A stretch of 64,000 nucleotides of DNA, taken from the NCBI GenBank assembly GCA_020426005.1, contig JAGQQW010000002.1, positions 8,855-72,854 on the forward strand, given 5' to 3'. Made by a program: the position numbers and the translations under genes. The notes below the pieces were generated by a model. That model worked only from the letters and a program-made list of their open reading frames with translations, made no database searches and had not been told where the DNA came from. Below are positions 32,830-42,897 of the stretch, in pieces. The stretch's first letter is position 1; each line of letters opens with the position of its first letter. Origin of the DNA: Planctomycetota bacterium. Lineage in GTDB: Bacteria > Planctomycetota > UBA1135 > GCA-002748355.

Positions 32830-33408
32830 TCAGTCGTCGTCCTGCGCGATGTCATCCTGCGCGATGTCATCCTGCGCGATGTCATCCTGCGCGATGTCAT
32901 CGTGCTCGATTCGTCCGTCATCGAGATACGTGGCGATGGCCCGCGCGGGGCGGGGGGACATCGCAGCGCGCAAACGCCCATCGAGGCTCGCCGGTCGAGA
33001 AATCTCGAGCCACACGGCGCCCGATGTGGAGAGCGGGATCGTTGCGGTCGAACTCGCACACACGAGGCGTCCGAGCAACTCGGCGACCAACGGCATGTGA
33101 CTGACGATCAGGACACACGCTTCTTCTTCGGGCAGCGCGGAGATGACGTGATCAACGTGTCCCTCCGGCACGAGCGATGCGTCGGTCACGATCGGTGGTG
33201 CGGGAGTGAAAGCCTTCGCGGCGATCGCTGCGGTCTGCTGTGCGCGTTCGAGCGGACTCGCGACGATCAGCGTCGGGCGTGCGCCGAGTCGCTCGAGAGC
33301 GCGGACGACGCTGGCGACGTTTTCTCGACCGCGGGTCGTCAGGCGCCGCTCTTCGTCGCGGCGCGCGATCGCTTCCGCGTGTCCATGTCGCATCACGATC
33401 AAGTCCAA
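32830..33408 (-). CDS. sixA: phosphohistidine phosphatase SixA-like with acidic (DDIAQ)n tail
   Basis: TTG at 33408 has GGAGG 6 nt upstream (alternative ATG at 33393). LIVMRHGHAE (RHG motif), IVASPLERAQQTA, VSHMP. C-terminus is DDIAQDDIAQDDIAQDDIAQDDD. Confidence 0.8.
   Translation of the reverse strand: MDLIVMRHGHAEAIARRDEERRLTTRGRENVASVVRALERLGARPTLIVASPLERAQQTAAIAAKAFTPAPPIVTDASLVPEGHVDHVISALPEEEACVLIVSHMPLVAELLGRLVCASSTATIPLSTSGAVWLEISRPASLDGRLRAAMSPRPARAIATYLDDGRIEHDDIAQDDIAQDDIAQDDIAQDDD
32833..32907. repeat. 15-bp x5 in-frame tandem repeat at the sixA 3' end
   Basis: Three perfect GATGTCATCCTGCGC units (32848-32892) are flanked by degenerate copies at 32833 and 32893. Confidence 0.9.
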
Positions 33409-34382
33409 GAGGTTCCTCCCGTTGCGAGACCACAGAGCTTGTACAGCATGCGTGCTCCGACGTTGCCGTCCCACGGAGATCCGGCGACTTCGCAGAGGTC
33501 GAACCCGGCAATGCGCTTTCCGCTCTCACGAACTGCGGTCAGTACGAAGCAGGCTTCGTCGAAGGACAAGCCTCCCGGAACCGGGGTTCCCGTACCGGGG
33601 CAATACGGTGCGTCGAGCCCGTCGATGTCGAACGAGATCCAAACGCGTTCGCCGAGTTGGCCCATGACTTCGGAAACGATCTCGCCGAACGACTCACCGC
33701 GGAATCGTCGCGCAGCCACTTGGCTCGCGTAGTGCACGACGACGCGTTCACCCATGGCTCGTGCGTATTCGACTTCTTCTTCGCAGTAGTCGCGAATGCC
33801 GAGTTGGACGAGTCGATCGACTCGAGGGCAATCGTCGAGCACGTTGCGCAGAATCGACGCGTGGCTTTCGCGGACGCCCTCGTAGGCGTCACGAAGGTCG
33901 AGATGAGCGTCGAAGTGCAAGATCGAAAGATCCTCGGATCGAGCTGCCGCGCGCATCGCTCCGAGCGGACACGAGTGATCGCCACCGAGAATCGCGGGGA
34001 CGACTCCATCGTCGAGCCGCGCACGCGTCCAGTCCTCGACCAGCCGCGTGCGTTCGACGGAGAGCTCTTGGATCTTGTGGACGTCGCGCGTCGCGCGTGC
34101 GTCCATGTCGAGTTGCGCGATGGTTCGGCTCGTTTCCCCTTCCAGAGGATCGAGCACGATGCCGGCTTGCCAGACGGGGCCGAAGTGCGCGTCGAGAAGG
34201 TCGACTTGGTGGCTGGCTTCGAGGACGAGGGCCGGTCCCTCGTGCGTGCCGCCGCCGAACGAGGTCGTGGCTTCGAACGGCACCCCGAGGATCCGGACAC
34301 GCGCATCCGCGCGGAAGGGCAAGCCGAAGATCCCGCTGCCGGTCGCGGCAGCGTTCGGATCGAAATCGTGGGGGTCGGTCAT
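33399..34382 (-). CDS. speB: agmatinase/arginase (ureohydrolase) family protein
   Basis: GGDHS, HFDAHLDLRD, SFDIDGLDAPYCPGTGTPVPGGLS and DLCEV. The 3' end overlaps the sixA start by 10 nt. Confidence 0.85.
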   Translation of the reverse strand: MTDPHDFDPNAAATGSGIFGLPFRADARVRILGVPFEATTSFGGGTHEGPALVLEASHQVDLLDAHFGPVWQAGIVLDPLEGETSRTIAQLDMDARATRDVHKIQELSVERTRLVEDWTRARLDDGVVPAILGGDHSCPLGAMRAAARSEDLSILHFDAHLDLRDAYEGVRESHASILRNVLDDCPRVDRLVQLGIRDYCEEEVEYARAMGERVVVHYASQVAARRFRGESFGEIVSEVMGQLGERVWISFDIDGLDAPYCPGTGTPVPGGLSFDEACFVLTAVRESGKRIAGFDLCEVAGSPWDGNVGARMLYKLCGLATGGTSWT

Positions 34383-34481
34383 GGAACGCTGACTGGGGAA
34401 AGCTCAGAGTATCGTCGTGCGAACGATCGATGGCGACAACCGAATGCGTGCAGGGCGCACGCGTTTGCCGAACAGTAGGTC

Positions 34482-36281
34482 ATGAATCGACGCCGCATCA
34501 GCATCCTCTTCGTGTTGGCAGGGATCGCGCTCGCGTCCTGGCTCGCCTTCACGTGGATCGGTGGCGGAGGTCTGTGGGGCGGGGGCTCCGAGGACGATCC
34601 ACGATCGATGTGGCCCTCCGCGACGGGGGACGGAAATGCGTGCGTCGACTCGAATGGGACGACGACGGGCAAGGTCGAGGAAGGGACGTCCCCGGACGAT
34701 GAGAACCGGCGTGTGAGCGTCAACCGGGAAGGTCTCGCGATCGCGTGCCTGCGTTGCCTCGATGCGATGACCAAGGCGCCGCTCGCGGGCGTGCGGATCC
34801 ATGACCAGCAGAACGATGCTGATCTCGGTACGACCGGCGACGACGGAATCGTACGGATCGCGCGTCGTGCGGACGGCACGATCTGTCCCTTCCTCGTGGC
34901 TTGGGGTGACGGAGTGCTCGCGCGCTCGTTGCCCGCCGAGGTCGTCGAGGAGCTCGATCAAGGAGGCGCCGAAGACGTCGTGGAGCTACTCGTCCACCGC
35001 GACAAATACACGGTGCGGCGACCCCTCAGTGTGCGCGTACGCGGAAGCCACGAGGTCCCGAAGCGCGCCGCGATCATGATCGTGCCCGAAGTGGACGCGC
35101 CGTCGATGGACGAAGTCCCGACATTGCGGATCGGAGATGACACCAGTATCTCTCCATCCGAGCGCGAAGGGTGGGCGATGCATGTGCGTGCGCTGCTCGG
35201 ATTGCCTGCGGAACACGTCTACTACGACATTGGCACGCGCGTCTTGCCGTGGCATGGGAGTCTCGACGGACTCGCATTGCGCTTCGCGCGTGGGGGGCGC
35301 TACCTGGTCCGTGCACGAACGAGTGATGGTGCGGTTGCGGCGACCGACATCGAAGTCACGGCACGAGACGAGAGTCCGATCGACTTGGTGTTCGAGGATG
35401 GGGCGTCGATCGGGGTCAAGGTCATGGACGACGATGGGCGTCCGGTCGCGCAGGCGATCGTCCGGCTTCGTCCGCTGGTGCGAACCGGGGAGTTCGAGCG
35501 ACAAGGGGAGACCGATGTCAGCGGTGCCGCGAGGTTTCGCGGCATCGTGCGTGGGGATCGGTTCGAACTCGTCGTCGAGTCCCGTCTGCATCGAGGCAAG
35601 ACTCTCGCTGCCGTTGCGGGTCAGGACTACGAAGTGCGTCTCCAATCCGTTCCGCGTGCGCTGCATCGCATCTCCGTGCGTGAGATTCGATCGAATCGCG
35701 CAATCGCGGGAGCGTCCTTGTGGATCGATGAGCCTTCCGGGCGTCAGGCGGATGGCGCGACGGATGCCGCGGGCACGGCCACCGTTGCACTCGTGCCGGG
35801 AGACGACCACGTGCTCCACGTGCGAGCGCCGGGCTATGTCGAATGGCGCGAGGTGTTTCACGAGAAGATGGGCTCTGCACTGCCGACGAGCGTCGAGCTC
35901 GTGCCCACGTCACGTGCGAGGCAGCTCGAACTCGGCTTGGTAGGCCTCGTCGAAGGTCGCGTTTACGGAAGTGACGGCAAGCCTCGCGCCGGTGTCGCGG
36001 TCCGCATGATGACCGCTCTCGGTACGGATGGAGCCCCGTATCCGGATTCGATGGACGACGGGAACTTCGCGCTCGTGCGTGCCAGCGAAGCGACTCGTCG
36101 CATGGTGCTCGCTGGAGATCGCGTCAAAGCGACGCGCGATGCGATCACGGACGACGAAGGCCGCTTCGAACTCTGGTGCGTCGCACGCGGTCGTGCTCGT
36201 GTTCTCGTGCTCGAGAAGGGCGGCGCGAGCCGCGAAGTCTTCGTGCGACTTGGCGCGAAGGCCGAGGTCGACCTACGCTGA
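34482..36281 (+). CDS. membrane-anchored protein with several carboxypeptidase-regulatory-like (Ig-like beta-sandwich) repeats
   Basis: N-terminal TM ISILFVLAGIALASWLAF. Repeats of the pattern G..V.D..G.P...A.V.........TD..G.......G. Confidence 0.65.
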   Translation: MNRRRISILFVLAGIALASWLAFTWIGGGGLWGGGSEDDPRSMWPSATGDGNACVDSNGTTTGKVEEGTSPDDENRRVSVNREGLAIACLRCLDAMTKAPLAGVRIHDQQNDADLGTTGDDGIVRIARRADGTICPFLVAWGDGVLARSLPAEVVEELDQGGAEDVVELLVHRDKYTVRRPLSVRVRGSHEVPKRAAIMIVPEVDAPSMDEVPTLRIGDDTSISPSEREGWAMHVRALLGLPAEHVYYDIGTRVLPWHGSLDGLALRFARGGRYLVRARTSDGAVAATDIEVTARDESPIDLVFEDGASIGVKVMDDDGRPVAQAIVRLRPLVRTGEFERQGETDVSGAARFRGIVRGDRFELVVESRLHRGKTLAAVAGQDYEVRLQSVPRALHRISVREIRSNRAIAGASLWIDEPSGRQADGATDAAGTATVALVPGDDHVLHVRAPGYVEWREVFHEKMGSALPTSVELVPTSRARQLELGLVGLVEGRVYGSDGKPRAGVAVRMMTALGTDGAPYPDSMDDGNFALVRASEATRRMVLAGDRVKATRDAITDDEGRFELWCVARGRARVLVLEKGGASREVFVRLGAKAEVDLR

Positions 36282-36305
36282 TGCCGACTCGGTGATGCAG
36301 CAGCG

Positions 36306-37034
36306 ATGAAAGCAGTCGTTCTCCTCAGTGGTGGCCTCGATTCGACGACGTGTCTCGCGAAGGCGGCGCACGACGGTAGGGAGTGCTATGCGCTGACGAT
36401 TCGCTACGGACAGAGGCACAGGTGCGAGTTGGCCGCTGCGCGAGCGGTCGCCGCACGCTTCCGTGTCACCGAACACCGTTTCGCGAGCGTCGATCTCGGG
36501 CAGTTCGGTGCATCGGCGCTCACGTCGCCGGACATCGAGGTGCCCAAGGGCGATTCGGCCCCGAATCCCGACGCCGAATCGAACGAGATTCCGGTCACGT
36601 ACGTTCCCGCGCGCAATACGGTGTTCTTGTCCATTGCACTCGCGTGGGCCGAAGTGCTCGAAGCAGACGAAATCTGGCTCGGCGTCAACGCCGTCGACTA
36701 TTCGGGGTATCCCGATTGCCGGCCAGAGTTCTTGCGTGCATTCGAGAACCTCGCTGCGCTCGCGACGAAGGTCGGTGTCGCCGGCCGCGGCGCACCGCGG
36801 ATCGTGGCGCCGCTCGTGGAGTTGACCAAGGCGCGCATCGTCCAGCTCGGGTTGTCACTCGGCGTCGACTACGCGATGACGTCGACGTGCTACGACCCGA
36901 GTGAGTCGGGGGTGCCGTGCCGGAGTTGCGAAGCGTGTCGGCTCAGAGAACGCGGCTTCGCGGAGGCGGGACAGCTCGATCCACTCGTCGAGTTCGGGCC
37001 GCGCTACGCGCTGCCCGAGCAGGATTCTCGATGA
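36306..37034 (+). CDS. queC: 7-cyano-7-deazaguanine synthase QueC
   Basis: MKAVVLLSGGLDSTTCL (PP-loop SGGxDS). YGQRH. C-terminal Zn cluster CYDP...CRSCEAC. Confidence 0.95.
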   Translation: MKAVVLLSGGLDSTTCLAKAAHDGRECYALTIRYGQRHRCELAAARAVAARFRVTEHRFASVDLGQFGASALTSPDIEVPKGDSAPNPDAESNEIPVTYVPARNTVFLSIALAWAEVLEADEIWLGVNAVDYSGYPDCRPEFLRAFENLAALATKVGVAGRGAPRIVAPLVELTKARIVQLGLSLGVDYAMTSTCYDPSESGVPCRSCEACRLRERGFAEAGQLDPLVEFGPRYALPEQDSR

Positions 37035-37900
37035 GGCGGTTCGTGATCTGGCTCTATGTCCTCGGTGGCCTTTACGTCTTGATCTCGGGCGCCGCCTGGT
37101 TCTTCCAGGAGCGGTTGCTGTTCGTCGGCGCAGGGCGGAACCGAGGAGTCACGATCCATTGTCCTCCCAACGTCACGATCGAGATTCTCGATACGGGCGA
37201 AGTTCATGGCCGCTTTCGAATCGCGTGGGGCGTGCCGGCTCTCGGGCAGTCGACGGTGCCGCGGAGTGTCGATTGCCGCGGTGTGATCGTGTTCTTTCTC
37301 GGCAACGGGCAGGATCTCGTTTCCGGAGTGACGATCGCTCGTGCGTGGACCGAATACGGCCTCCATGCACTCGTCGTCGAGTATCCGGGCTATGGCGACA
37401 GCGAAGGTTCTCCGAGTCAGGAGAGCATTCTCACCGCTGCGGTCGTCGCGGCCGACGCCGCGGCCAGTCGTGCCCAGAGGCTCGAGTTGCCCCTCTACGC
37501 GGGAGGCATTTCGCTCGGGACCTTCTCCGCGACCTACGTGGCCTCCAAGACGACGAAAGATGCGCGGAATCGAGGACCGATCAGCGTTTCGAAGCTCGTC
37601 TTGTTCGCGCCTCCGACCTCGATCGTCGAGGCGGCCGCGTTGCACTACTGGTGGTTGCCGACGAGGCTCTTGTTGCGTCACCGCTTCGAGAACGTCGAGG
37701 CCGCGGCAGGCATCGATTGTCCAGTGCTGGTATTCCACGGCGATCGGGATCTCGTCGTGCCGCAATCGATGGGCAAGCGTGTTGCCGAAGCGCTGGGACC
37801 GCACGCGGAGTTTCGCAGCGTCCCCGGGTACGGCCACTGGCTGCCGTTCGATCGAGATGGGGTTCTCGGCCCGCAGCTCCGTGATTTCTTCGCGCACTGA
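37031..37900 (+). CDS. alpha/beta hydrolase with N-terminal TM anchor
   Basis: ATGA overlap with the queC stop. MRRFVIWLYVLGGLYVLISGAAWF. Nucleophile elbow GISLG. Late GDRD and GYGHW (Asp/His candidates). Confidence 0.8.
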   Translation: MRRFVIWLYVLGGLYVLISGAAWFFQERLLFVGAGRNRGVTIHCPPNVTIEILDTGEVHGRFRIAWGVPALGQSTVPRSVDCRGVIVFFLGNGQDLVSGVTIARAWTEYGLHALVVEYPGYGDSEGSPSQESILTAAVVAADAAASRAQRLELPLYAGGISLGTFSATYVASKTTKDARNRGPISVSKLVLFAPPTSIVEAAALHYWWLPTRLLLRHRFENVEAAAGIDCPVLVFHGDRDLVVPQSMGKRVAEALGPHAEFRSVPGYGHWLPFDRDGVLGPQLRDFFAH

Positions 37901-37944
37901 CAAAGCGGGTTGATCGACCCCCGCGCGCTCGATACGAAGGGCGA

Positions 37945-38385
37945 ATGCCGTTTTCCGTCGCCTTTCGCCTCGCCTTCGCTTGTGCGCTTTGTTGCGCGCT
38001 GCCTTCGTGTTCGAAGTCCAGACCCATCCCGTCCTGGGCAAACGCCACGAAGGAGACAGTGCAGATGGGCAAGCCGTGGGCCTTCGAGAGTCGGGGCATC
38101 AAGGTGAGTGGCCGTACCACGAGAGCGAGCATGATCATGACGCTCGCGCTCGAGATCGAGAGCGCTGGCCCTCGTCTTCGGTACGAGGACATCGTCGCCT
38201 ATTGGGACAACGAGGAGCTGACCTTCGAGATGCCTCGATCGGGCGAGCTCACCGCGTCCGAAACCAATGGATCGTGGAAGGCGTCGGTGAAGCTCGCGAA
38301 GAAGGTGCCGGTCTCGCCCGAACACGACGTCTTGTATCTCGCCGTCGGGCCGGCGGTGTGGGAGTTCGAACTCCTACCGCCGTAG
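37945..38385 (+). CDS. small lipoprotein of unknown function
   Basis: MPFSVAFRLAFACALCCALPSCSK: signal peptide with a lipobox-like LPSC. Confidence 0.6.
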   Translation: MPFSVAFRLAFACALCCALPSCSKSRPIPSWANATKETVQMGKPWAFESRGIKVSGRTTRASMIMTLALEIESAGPRLRYEDIVAYWDNEELTFEMPRSGELTASETNGSWKASVKLAKKVPVSPEHDVLYLAVGPAVWEFELLPP

Positions 38386-38399
38386 ACCGGAGTGCGGCA

Positions 38400-40049
38400 T
38401 CAGAAGATGCGCAACCGCACGCCGTCGGTCGAAGTCAGGCGCTGCAGTCCGTTGTCCTGGAGCACCCACTGCGTGAACACGTCCTTGCCACGCAGGGCGG
38501 GATCGTTGGGGATGCCGAGGACGATCGAGCCGTAGCCGGCGCCTGCGCCGCTCCCTGCCAGTGGAATCGGGTCGAGCATGAAGAGGCCGGGTGTCACGCC
38601 GAGGTGCAAGCGGATGCCGAGAACGGGGATGCCCGTGGTGTTCGGCGCTGCATCGAAGAGCAACATCGCAGCCGAGCCTCCATACCCGCGATCGACGCCG
38701 ATCGTGATTCGCGAGCGGTCGAGCGACAGAGGCTCACGCGCGACGTGCACGGGGACGATGTTGTTCGAGCCAGGAGTGCCCGCGCCGTAGTGCGACGGCA
38801 CGCGGTCCGATTCGGTGAACAGCTTCGGGCGATCGAACGGCGCAGTCGCATTGAGCACGCGATCGTCGGTCAGTGCCCGAAGGAAGGCGACGAGTGCTTG
38901 CTGGTCGGCAACGGTGAGGCCGAGCGGACGGATGCGCGGATCCTTGTTGGGCGCATTGACGTTTCCACCGCGGTTGTAGAACGCGACGACGTCCTCGAGG
39001 TTCTGCGCGCTGCCATCGTGGAAATACGGCGCGCGAAGCGCGACGTTGCGGATCGAAGGCGTGCGCATCGCGCCACGGTCTTGCGGTGCGTTGGTCACGG
39101 TGAATCGGCCGAGATCTTCGTTGGGCGGGGTCACACCGGTGTAGTGGAACCGATGGTCGGTGCCGAGCGGTCCTCCGTGGCACTCGATGCAACGAGTCTG
39201 CGGTGACGTGAAGATCTGATTGCCGCGTTGCTCCTGGGGAGTGAGGGCGTTCCGGTTGCCGCCCAGGAAATCATCGAGCCGGTTGTGATCCGAGATCAGC
39301 GTGCGTTCATAGGTGGCGATTGCCATCGCGATGCGTGATGGAGTGATGTCGGTCGTGCCGAACGCCACGCGGAACAGCTCCGGATACGACTTGCCTTGGA
39401 TGAACTGCGCGAGAGTCGTGGGAATGCTGCTCGCGAGGGCGAGGGGCTTCGCCCCCGCGAGCCGCTGAACGACATCATTCCAGGTCGTGCCCATGTGCGT
39501 CATCTCGACGTCGTTCAAGAGCGGAACGACCGCCTGACTCTCGAGCGACGCGCGATTCGGGAGGAGCACCGTATTGGTCAACGGGTCCTTGAAGTCGTTC
39601 GTTGCCCGCCCGTCCCAGAACGCCTCCGGCGCGTAGACCGCGTTGATCACGGTCATGCCTCGTCTGCTCGTCACCTGGTCGCGCAGGCCGAAGCTCGTCG
39701 AAGAGTTGTAGGTACCGTTCGCGTTGCTGCTCGGGACCCCCCGGGAGCCCCGAACGTCGTCACGTGTTTGGAAGAGACCATCGAAGCCCGGATGCACCGA
39801 GTCCGGCGCGAAGGAGCGCCGGTCGGAGCCGCCGGTTTCGAAGGTGTGGCAGGTCGCACACGCAACGGTTCCCGTCGACGAGAGCTGCTCTTCGAAGAAG
39901 AGCGCCTTGCCGAGCTGGGTCTTTTCGAACGTGATCGGATTCCCGGGCGGGACCGGCACCGGAGGAAAGCCCTGCTGGGCGCGAGCCATCGGGACGGCGG
40001 CGAACGAAACGAGAACCGCACAGGCGGCGAGTCGTGGTTGCAGCTTCAT
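38400..40049 (-). CDS. di-haem cytochrome c peroxidase family protein with extra C-terminal beta-rich module
   Basis: ATG at 40049 gives the signal peptide MKLQPRLAACAVLVSFAAVPMARAQ. Two CxxCH motifs (CATCH, CIECH). CCP/MauG-like PSIRNVALRAPYFHDG. The last ~95 aa resemble the C-termini of the 10541 and 11614 genes. Confidence 0.9.
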   Translation of the reverse strand: MKLQPRLAACAVLVSFAAVPMARAQQGFPPVPVPPGNPITFEKTQLGKALFFEEQLSSTGTVACATCHTFETGGSDRRSFAPDSVHPGFDGLFQTRDDVRGSRGVPSSNANGTYNSSTSFGLRDQVTSRRGMTVINAVYAPEAFWDGRATNDFKDPLTNTVLLPNRASLESQAVVPLLNDVEMTHMGTTWNDVVQRLAGAKPLALASSIPTTLAQFIQGKSYPELFRVAFGTTDITPSRIAMAIATYERTLISDHNRLDDFLGGNRNALTPQEQRGNQIFTSPQTRCIECHGGPLGTDHRFHYTGVTPPNEDLGRFTVTNAPQDRGAMRTPSIRNVALRAPYFHDGSAQNLEDVVAFYNRGGNVNAPNKDPRIRPLGLTVADQQALVAFLRALTDDRVLNATAPFDRPKLFTESDRVPSHYGAGTPGSNNIVPVHVAREPLSLDRSRITIGVDRGYGGSAAMLLFDAAPNTTGIPVLGIRLHLGVTPGLFMLDPIPLAGSGAGAGYGSIVLGIPNDPALRGKDVFTQWVLQDNGLQRLTSTDGVRLRIF

Positions 40050-40133
40050 TGGAAATCCTGGTTGATGTCGATAGCTCTCCGGCCGGCGCGGCGTTTTCGC
40101 GGTCGGAAACCCGAAAAAACGCATACTTCGCAA

Positions 40134-42095
40134 TCAGCGACCCCGTCGCCGGCCGCGAGCGCCGAACATGCGCCATTCGGGCCGCTTGTGGAGCGCCTCG
40201 GCAAGCCGCGCATGCAGCTCGGATGCATCGGGTTGGACCGGCTCGACTCGGCGGTAGAGGAGCGCGAGCTCGAAGTGGACCCAGAAGTCGGAGCGGTGCT
40301 CGACGACGACCTTCTCGAGGAAGTCCCGGGCACCGAGGGCGTCACGCAGCTCGATGGCCCTGGCGAGCAGGAGGCAGGTCCGGGATGCGGTGGTCGCTGG
40401 GGTTAGCTCGTGGACGAGCGCTGCGAGTTCGGTGCGATCTCCCGTCGTGGCCACTCCGCGAATCCGCACGTGGACGGGTTCGGAATCGAGGATGTCGGCA
40501 ACCCGAAGGAGCTTCGGCCAGAGCGAATCCGGCCGCTCTTGGGCCAGCGCGAACGCCCAGTCTTCGATCGCGAGAACGACGTCTTGTGTCGGACCTGCCT
40601 CTTCGAGAGTCTTCGCGATCGTCGCCGAACCCGATTGGCGGAGATCGACACCCAGCTGGTGGAAGTGACGCTCGTACTCGTGGATGCGACGGGGACCGGG
40701 GTCCGGGTCCGAACGAATCCGATCGTAGAGGTCGACGAGTTCGGCGTCGCGCACGCGAGCCTCGAGTTCGCTTCGGGACGAATGGATGGACTCGACGGAT
40801 ACCGTGTCGATCCCGGATGCACGCACGAGTCCTTCCGTCCGAAGCAGGGTCTCGATCGCTTGCTCGAACTCGCCGCGGGCTTCTTGGCGTTCGGCTTCTT
40901 GAAGAGCCACGGCGATGTCGCGCTCCATGCGTGCGTTCTCGCCGCTGCGCCAGAGAACGAAACTCACGATCAAGGTCACGACGGCGAACGCCGCGGTCAC
41001 GAGAGCGAGCACGAGGCGGCGCGAACGACGCGCTGCTTCGGCACCCGCCTTCGCGGTCGCGGCTTCGATCTCCGCGCGCTGCGCGCGTTCGGCCAGGTGG
41101 TCGAGATGGGCTTCGATGCGCGCTTTGACGTGTCCTGCATCGGGCATGCGTCGATCGGGATCGATCGCGAGGCAGTCTCGAGCGATCGCGACGAGGTCTC
41201 GGTCGGCATCCAGTCCGGCGCAGCGAACATCGATCGATTCTTGCGTAGCGTTCTTGGCGTCAGCGAGTGCTTCGCCTCCGCCGTGCATGGGTTTGCCGCT
41301 CAGGATCTCGAGCAAGATCGAGCCGAGTGCGAACACGTCACTGCGCGCATCGATCAGGTCGATCTTGCCACGTGCCTGTTCTGGTGACATGTAGGCCGGC
41401 GTGCCGAGAGCGGAGCCTTCGAGGGTCACGTCGTGCGCTGTGGCTCTCTCGTCCGGGATCGTTGCGACGGGCTCGGATTCGACCGCGTGGTCCATGTCCG
41501 ATCGGCGTTCGTCGGTACGCTTCGCGAGACCCCAGTCCATGACGAGCACTTCGCCGTAGTCGCCGACCATGACGTTCTTCGGTTTGAGGTCTCGGTGGAT
41601 GATCCCGTGTGCGTGCGCGTACGCGACGGTTCTGCAGATTTGCAAGAACGTCGCGAGATGGGCGTGCACGGTGGGAGAACCGGGTGAGCGGTCCGCCAAG
41701 ACCTCTGCAAAGCTCCGACCCTTGACGAGTTTCATCGTGAACCACGGCCACTCGCGCTCGTCGAGTCCCATGTCGTAGATCGGGACGACACCAGGATGTT
41801 GCAGTTGCGACGTGATGCAGGCCTCGGTCACGAAGCGACGCCTCGGGCCGGCCATGCTCGCGTAGCGATCACGCAGGATCTTGACCGCAACGTCGCGTCC
41901 GAGCACTCGATCGTGCGCCGCGAGCACGATCCCGATGCCGCCGCGAGCGACTTCTCCCTCGAGAACGAGGCGATCGGGAAGCACGGTGCGTAACTCGCCT
42001 CGTTGGTCCGCGGAAGATCTCGCCGTGAATGCCCACGACATGCCGGTGTCCCAACGCGATTCGAGTTCTCGAGGATCTTCGGAAGCACTCGTCAT
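40134..42095 (-). CDS. Ser/Thr protein kinase with TM segment and helical (TPR-like) C-terminal domain
   Basis: ATG at 42095 lies 2 nt after the ECF stop. VAVKIL, HRDLKPKNVMV, DWGLAK, GTPAYMSPEQ. TM LVLALVTAAFAVVTLIVSFVLW. Confidence 0.9.
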   Translation of the reverse strand: MTSASEDPRELESRWDTGMSWAFTARSSADQRGELRTVLPDRLVLEGEVARGGIGIVLAAHDRVLGRDVAVKILRDRYASMAGPRRRFVTEACITSQLQHPGVVPIYDMGLDEREWPWFTMKLVKGRSFAEVLADRSPGSPTVHAHLATFLQICRTVAYAHAHGIIHRDLKPKNVMVGDYGEVLVMDWGLAKRTDERRSDMDHAVESEPVATIPDERATAHDVTLEGSALGTPAYMSPEQARGKIDLIDARSDVFALGSILLEILSGKPMHGGGEALADAKNATQESIDVRCAGLDADRDLVAIARDCLAIDPDRRMPDAGHVKARIEAHLDHLAERAQRAEIEAATAKAGAEAARRSRRLVLALVTAAFAVVTLIVSFVLWRSGENARMERDIAVALQEAERQEARGEFEQAIETLLRTEGLVRASGIDTVSVESIHSSRSELEARVRDAELVDLYDRIRSDPDPGPRRIHEYERHFHQLGVDLRQSGSATIAKTLEEAGPTQDVVLAIEDWAFALAQERPDSLWPKLLRVADILDSEPVHVRIRGVATTGDRTELAALVHELTPATTASRTCLLLARAIELRDALGARDFLEKVVVEHRSDFWVHFELALLYRRVEPVQPDASELHARLAEALHKRPEWRMFGARGRRRGR

Positions 42096-42097
42096 CG

Positions 42098-42823
42098 TCA
42101 GGTTCCGGGTTGGTGACCAGCCAGCAGGTCGAGCAGGAGCCGGCACTCGTGGTCGAGTTGCTCCTTCGTACCCGAGACGTGAAATGCGATTTCGGCGCGC
42201 AACGATGTTTTGAACTCTTCGCGTGCCTTCGCGTACTCGTGGTGCGCTTTGCTCGCATCGAGATCCAACTGTTGTGCGATGTCCCGGATCGGTCGCCCCT
42301 CTTCGAAGCGTTGTCTCAGGATCTCGACGCGGAGCAGCGCCGCGTCGCCCTTTTCAGCGGCGAGCGTTTCGAGCCTCGTCCGAGCGCGTTGCATGAGTGC
42401 GACGGCCCACTCGCGGTCGAAGACGCGCGAGACCGCAGTATCGTCCGACGGCCAAGCGTCGAAGCCTCTCGAGCCCTGATCGACACGACGCGATCGTTCG
42501 CGCTTGGCACGCTCTTCGTGTCGGAGTGCGACGTTCTTCGTGACGCCGAACAGGAACGCGCGGAAGCTCGTGCCCTTTGCCGATTCGAAGCGCCCCAGAG
42601 CGCCGCCTTCCTTGTAGAGATCGACGAAGACTTCCTGGAGTGCGTCATCCACGAGCTGGCTCGAGGGTCCGGAGTGCCAACGCTTCGCCAAGAAGGCGCG
42701 CACGACAGCCATGTAGCTCGAAGCGAGTTCGCCGCGTGCGTCGTCGTCGCCGTGACGCGCGCGATCGACGACGTGCCAACAGGTTTCGCCGGGCTCGATC
42801 CAGGAGGTGCGCGAGTCAGTCAC
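42098..42823 (-). CDS. ECF-type sigma factor
   Basis: GTG start at 42823. Region 2 LASSYMAVVRAFLAKRW...LQEVFVDLY...FRAFLFGVTKNVALRH. Region 4 ILRQRFEEGRPIRDIAQQLDLDASKAHHEYAKAREEF. Confidence 0.85.
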   Translation of the reverse strand: MTDSRTSWIEPGETCWHVVDRARHGDDDARGELASSYMAVVRAFLAKRWHSGPSSQLVDDALQEVFVDLYKEGGALGRFESAKGTSFRAFLFGVTKNVALRHEERAKRERSRRVDQGSRGFDAWPSDDTAVSRVFDREWAVALMQRARTRLETLAAEKGDAALLRVEILRQRFEEGRPIRDIAQQLDLDASKAHHEYAKAREEFKTSLRAEIAFHVSGTKEQLDHECRLLLDLLAGHQPGT

Positions 42824-42897
42824 GTGGATCGATTTGGAGGTGCGCGGCTGCCCTGGGCGAACGGGAACAGCTTCTCACGATACCACGTCCCGCGGTG

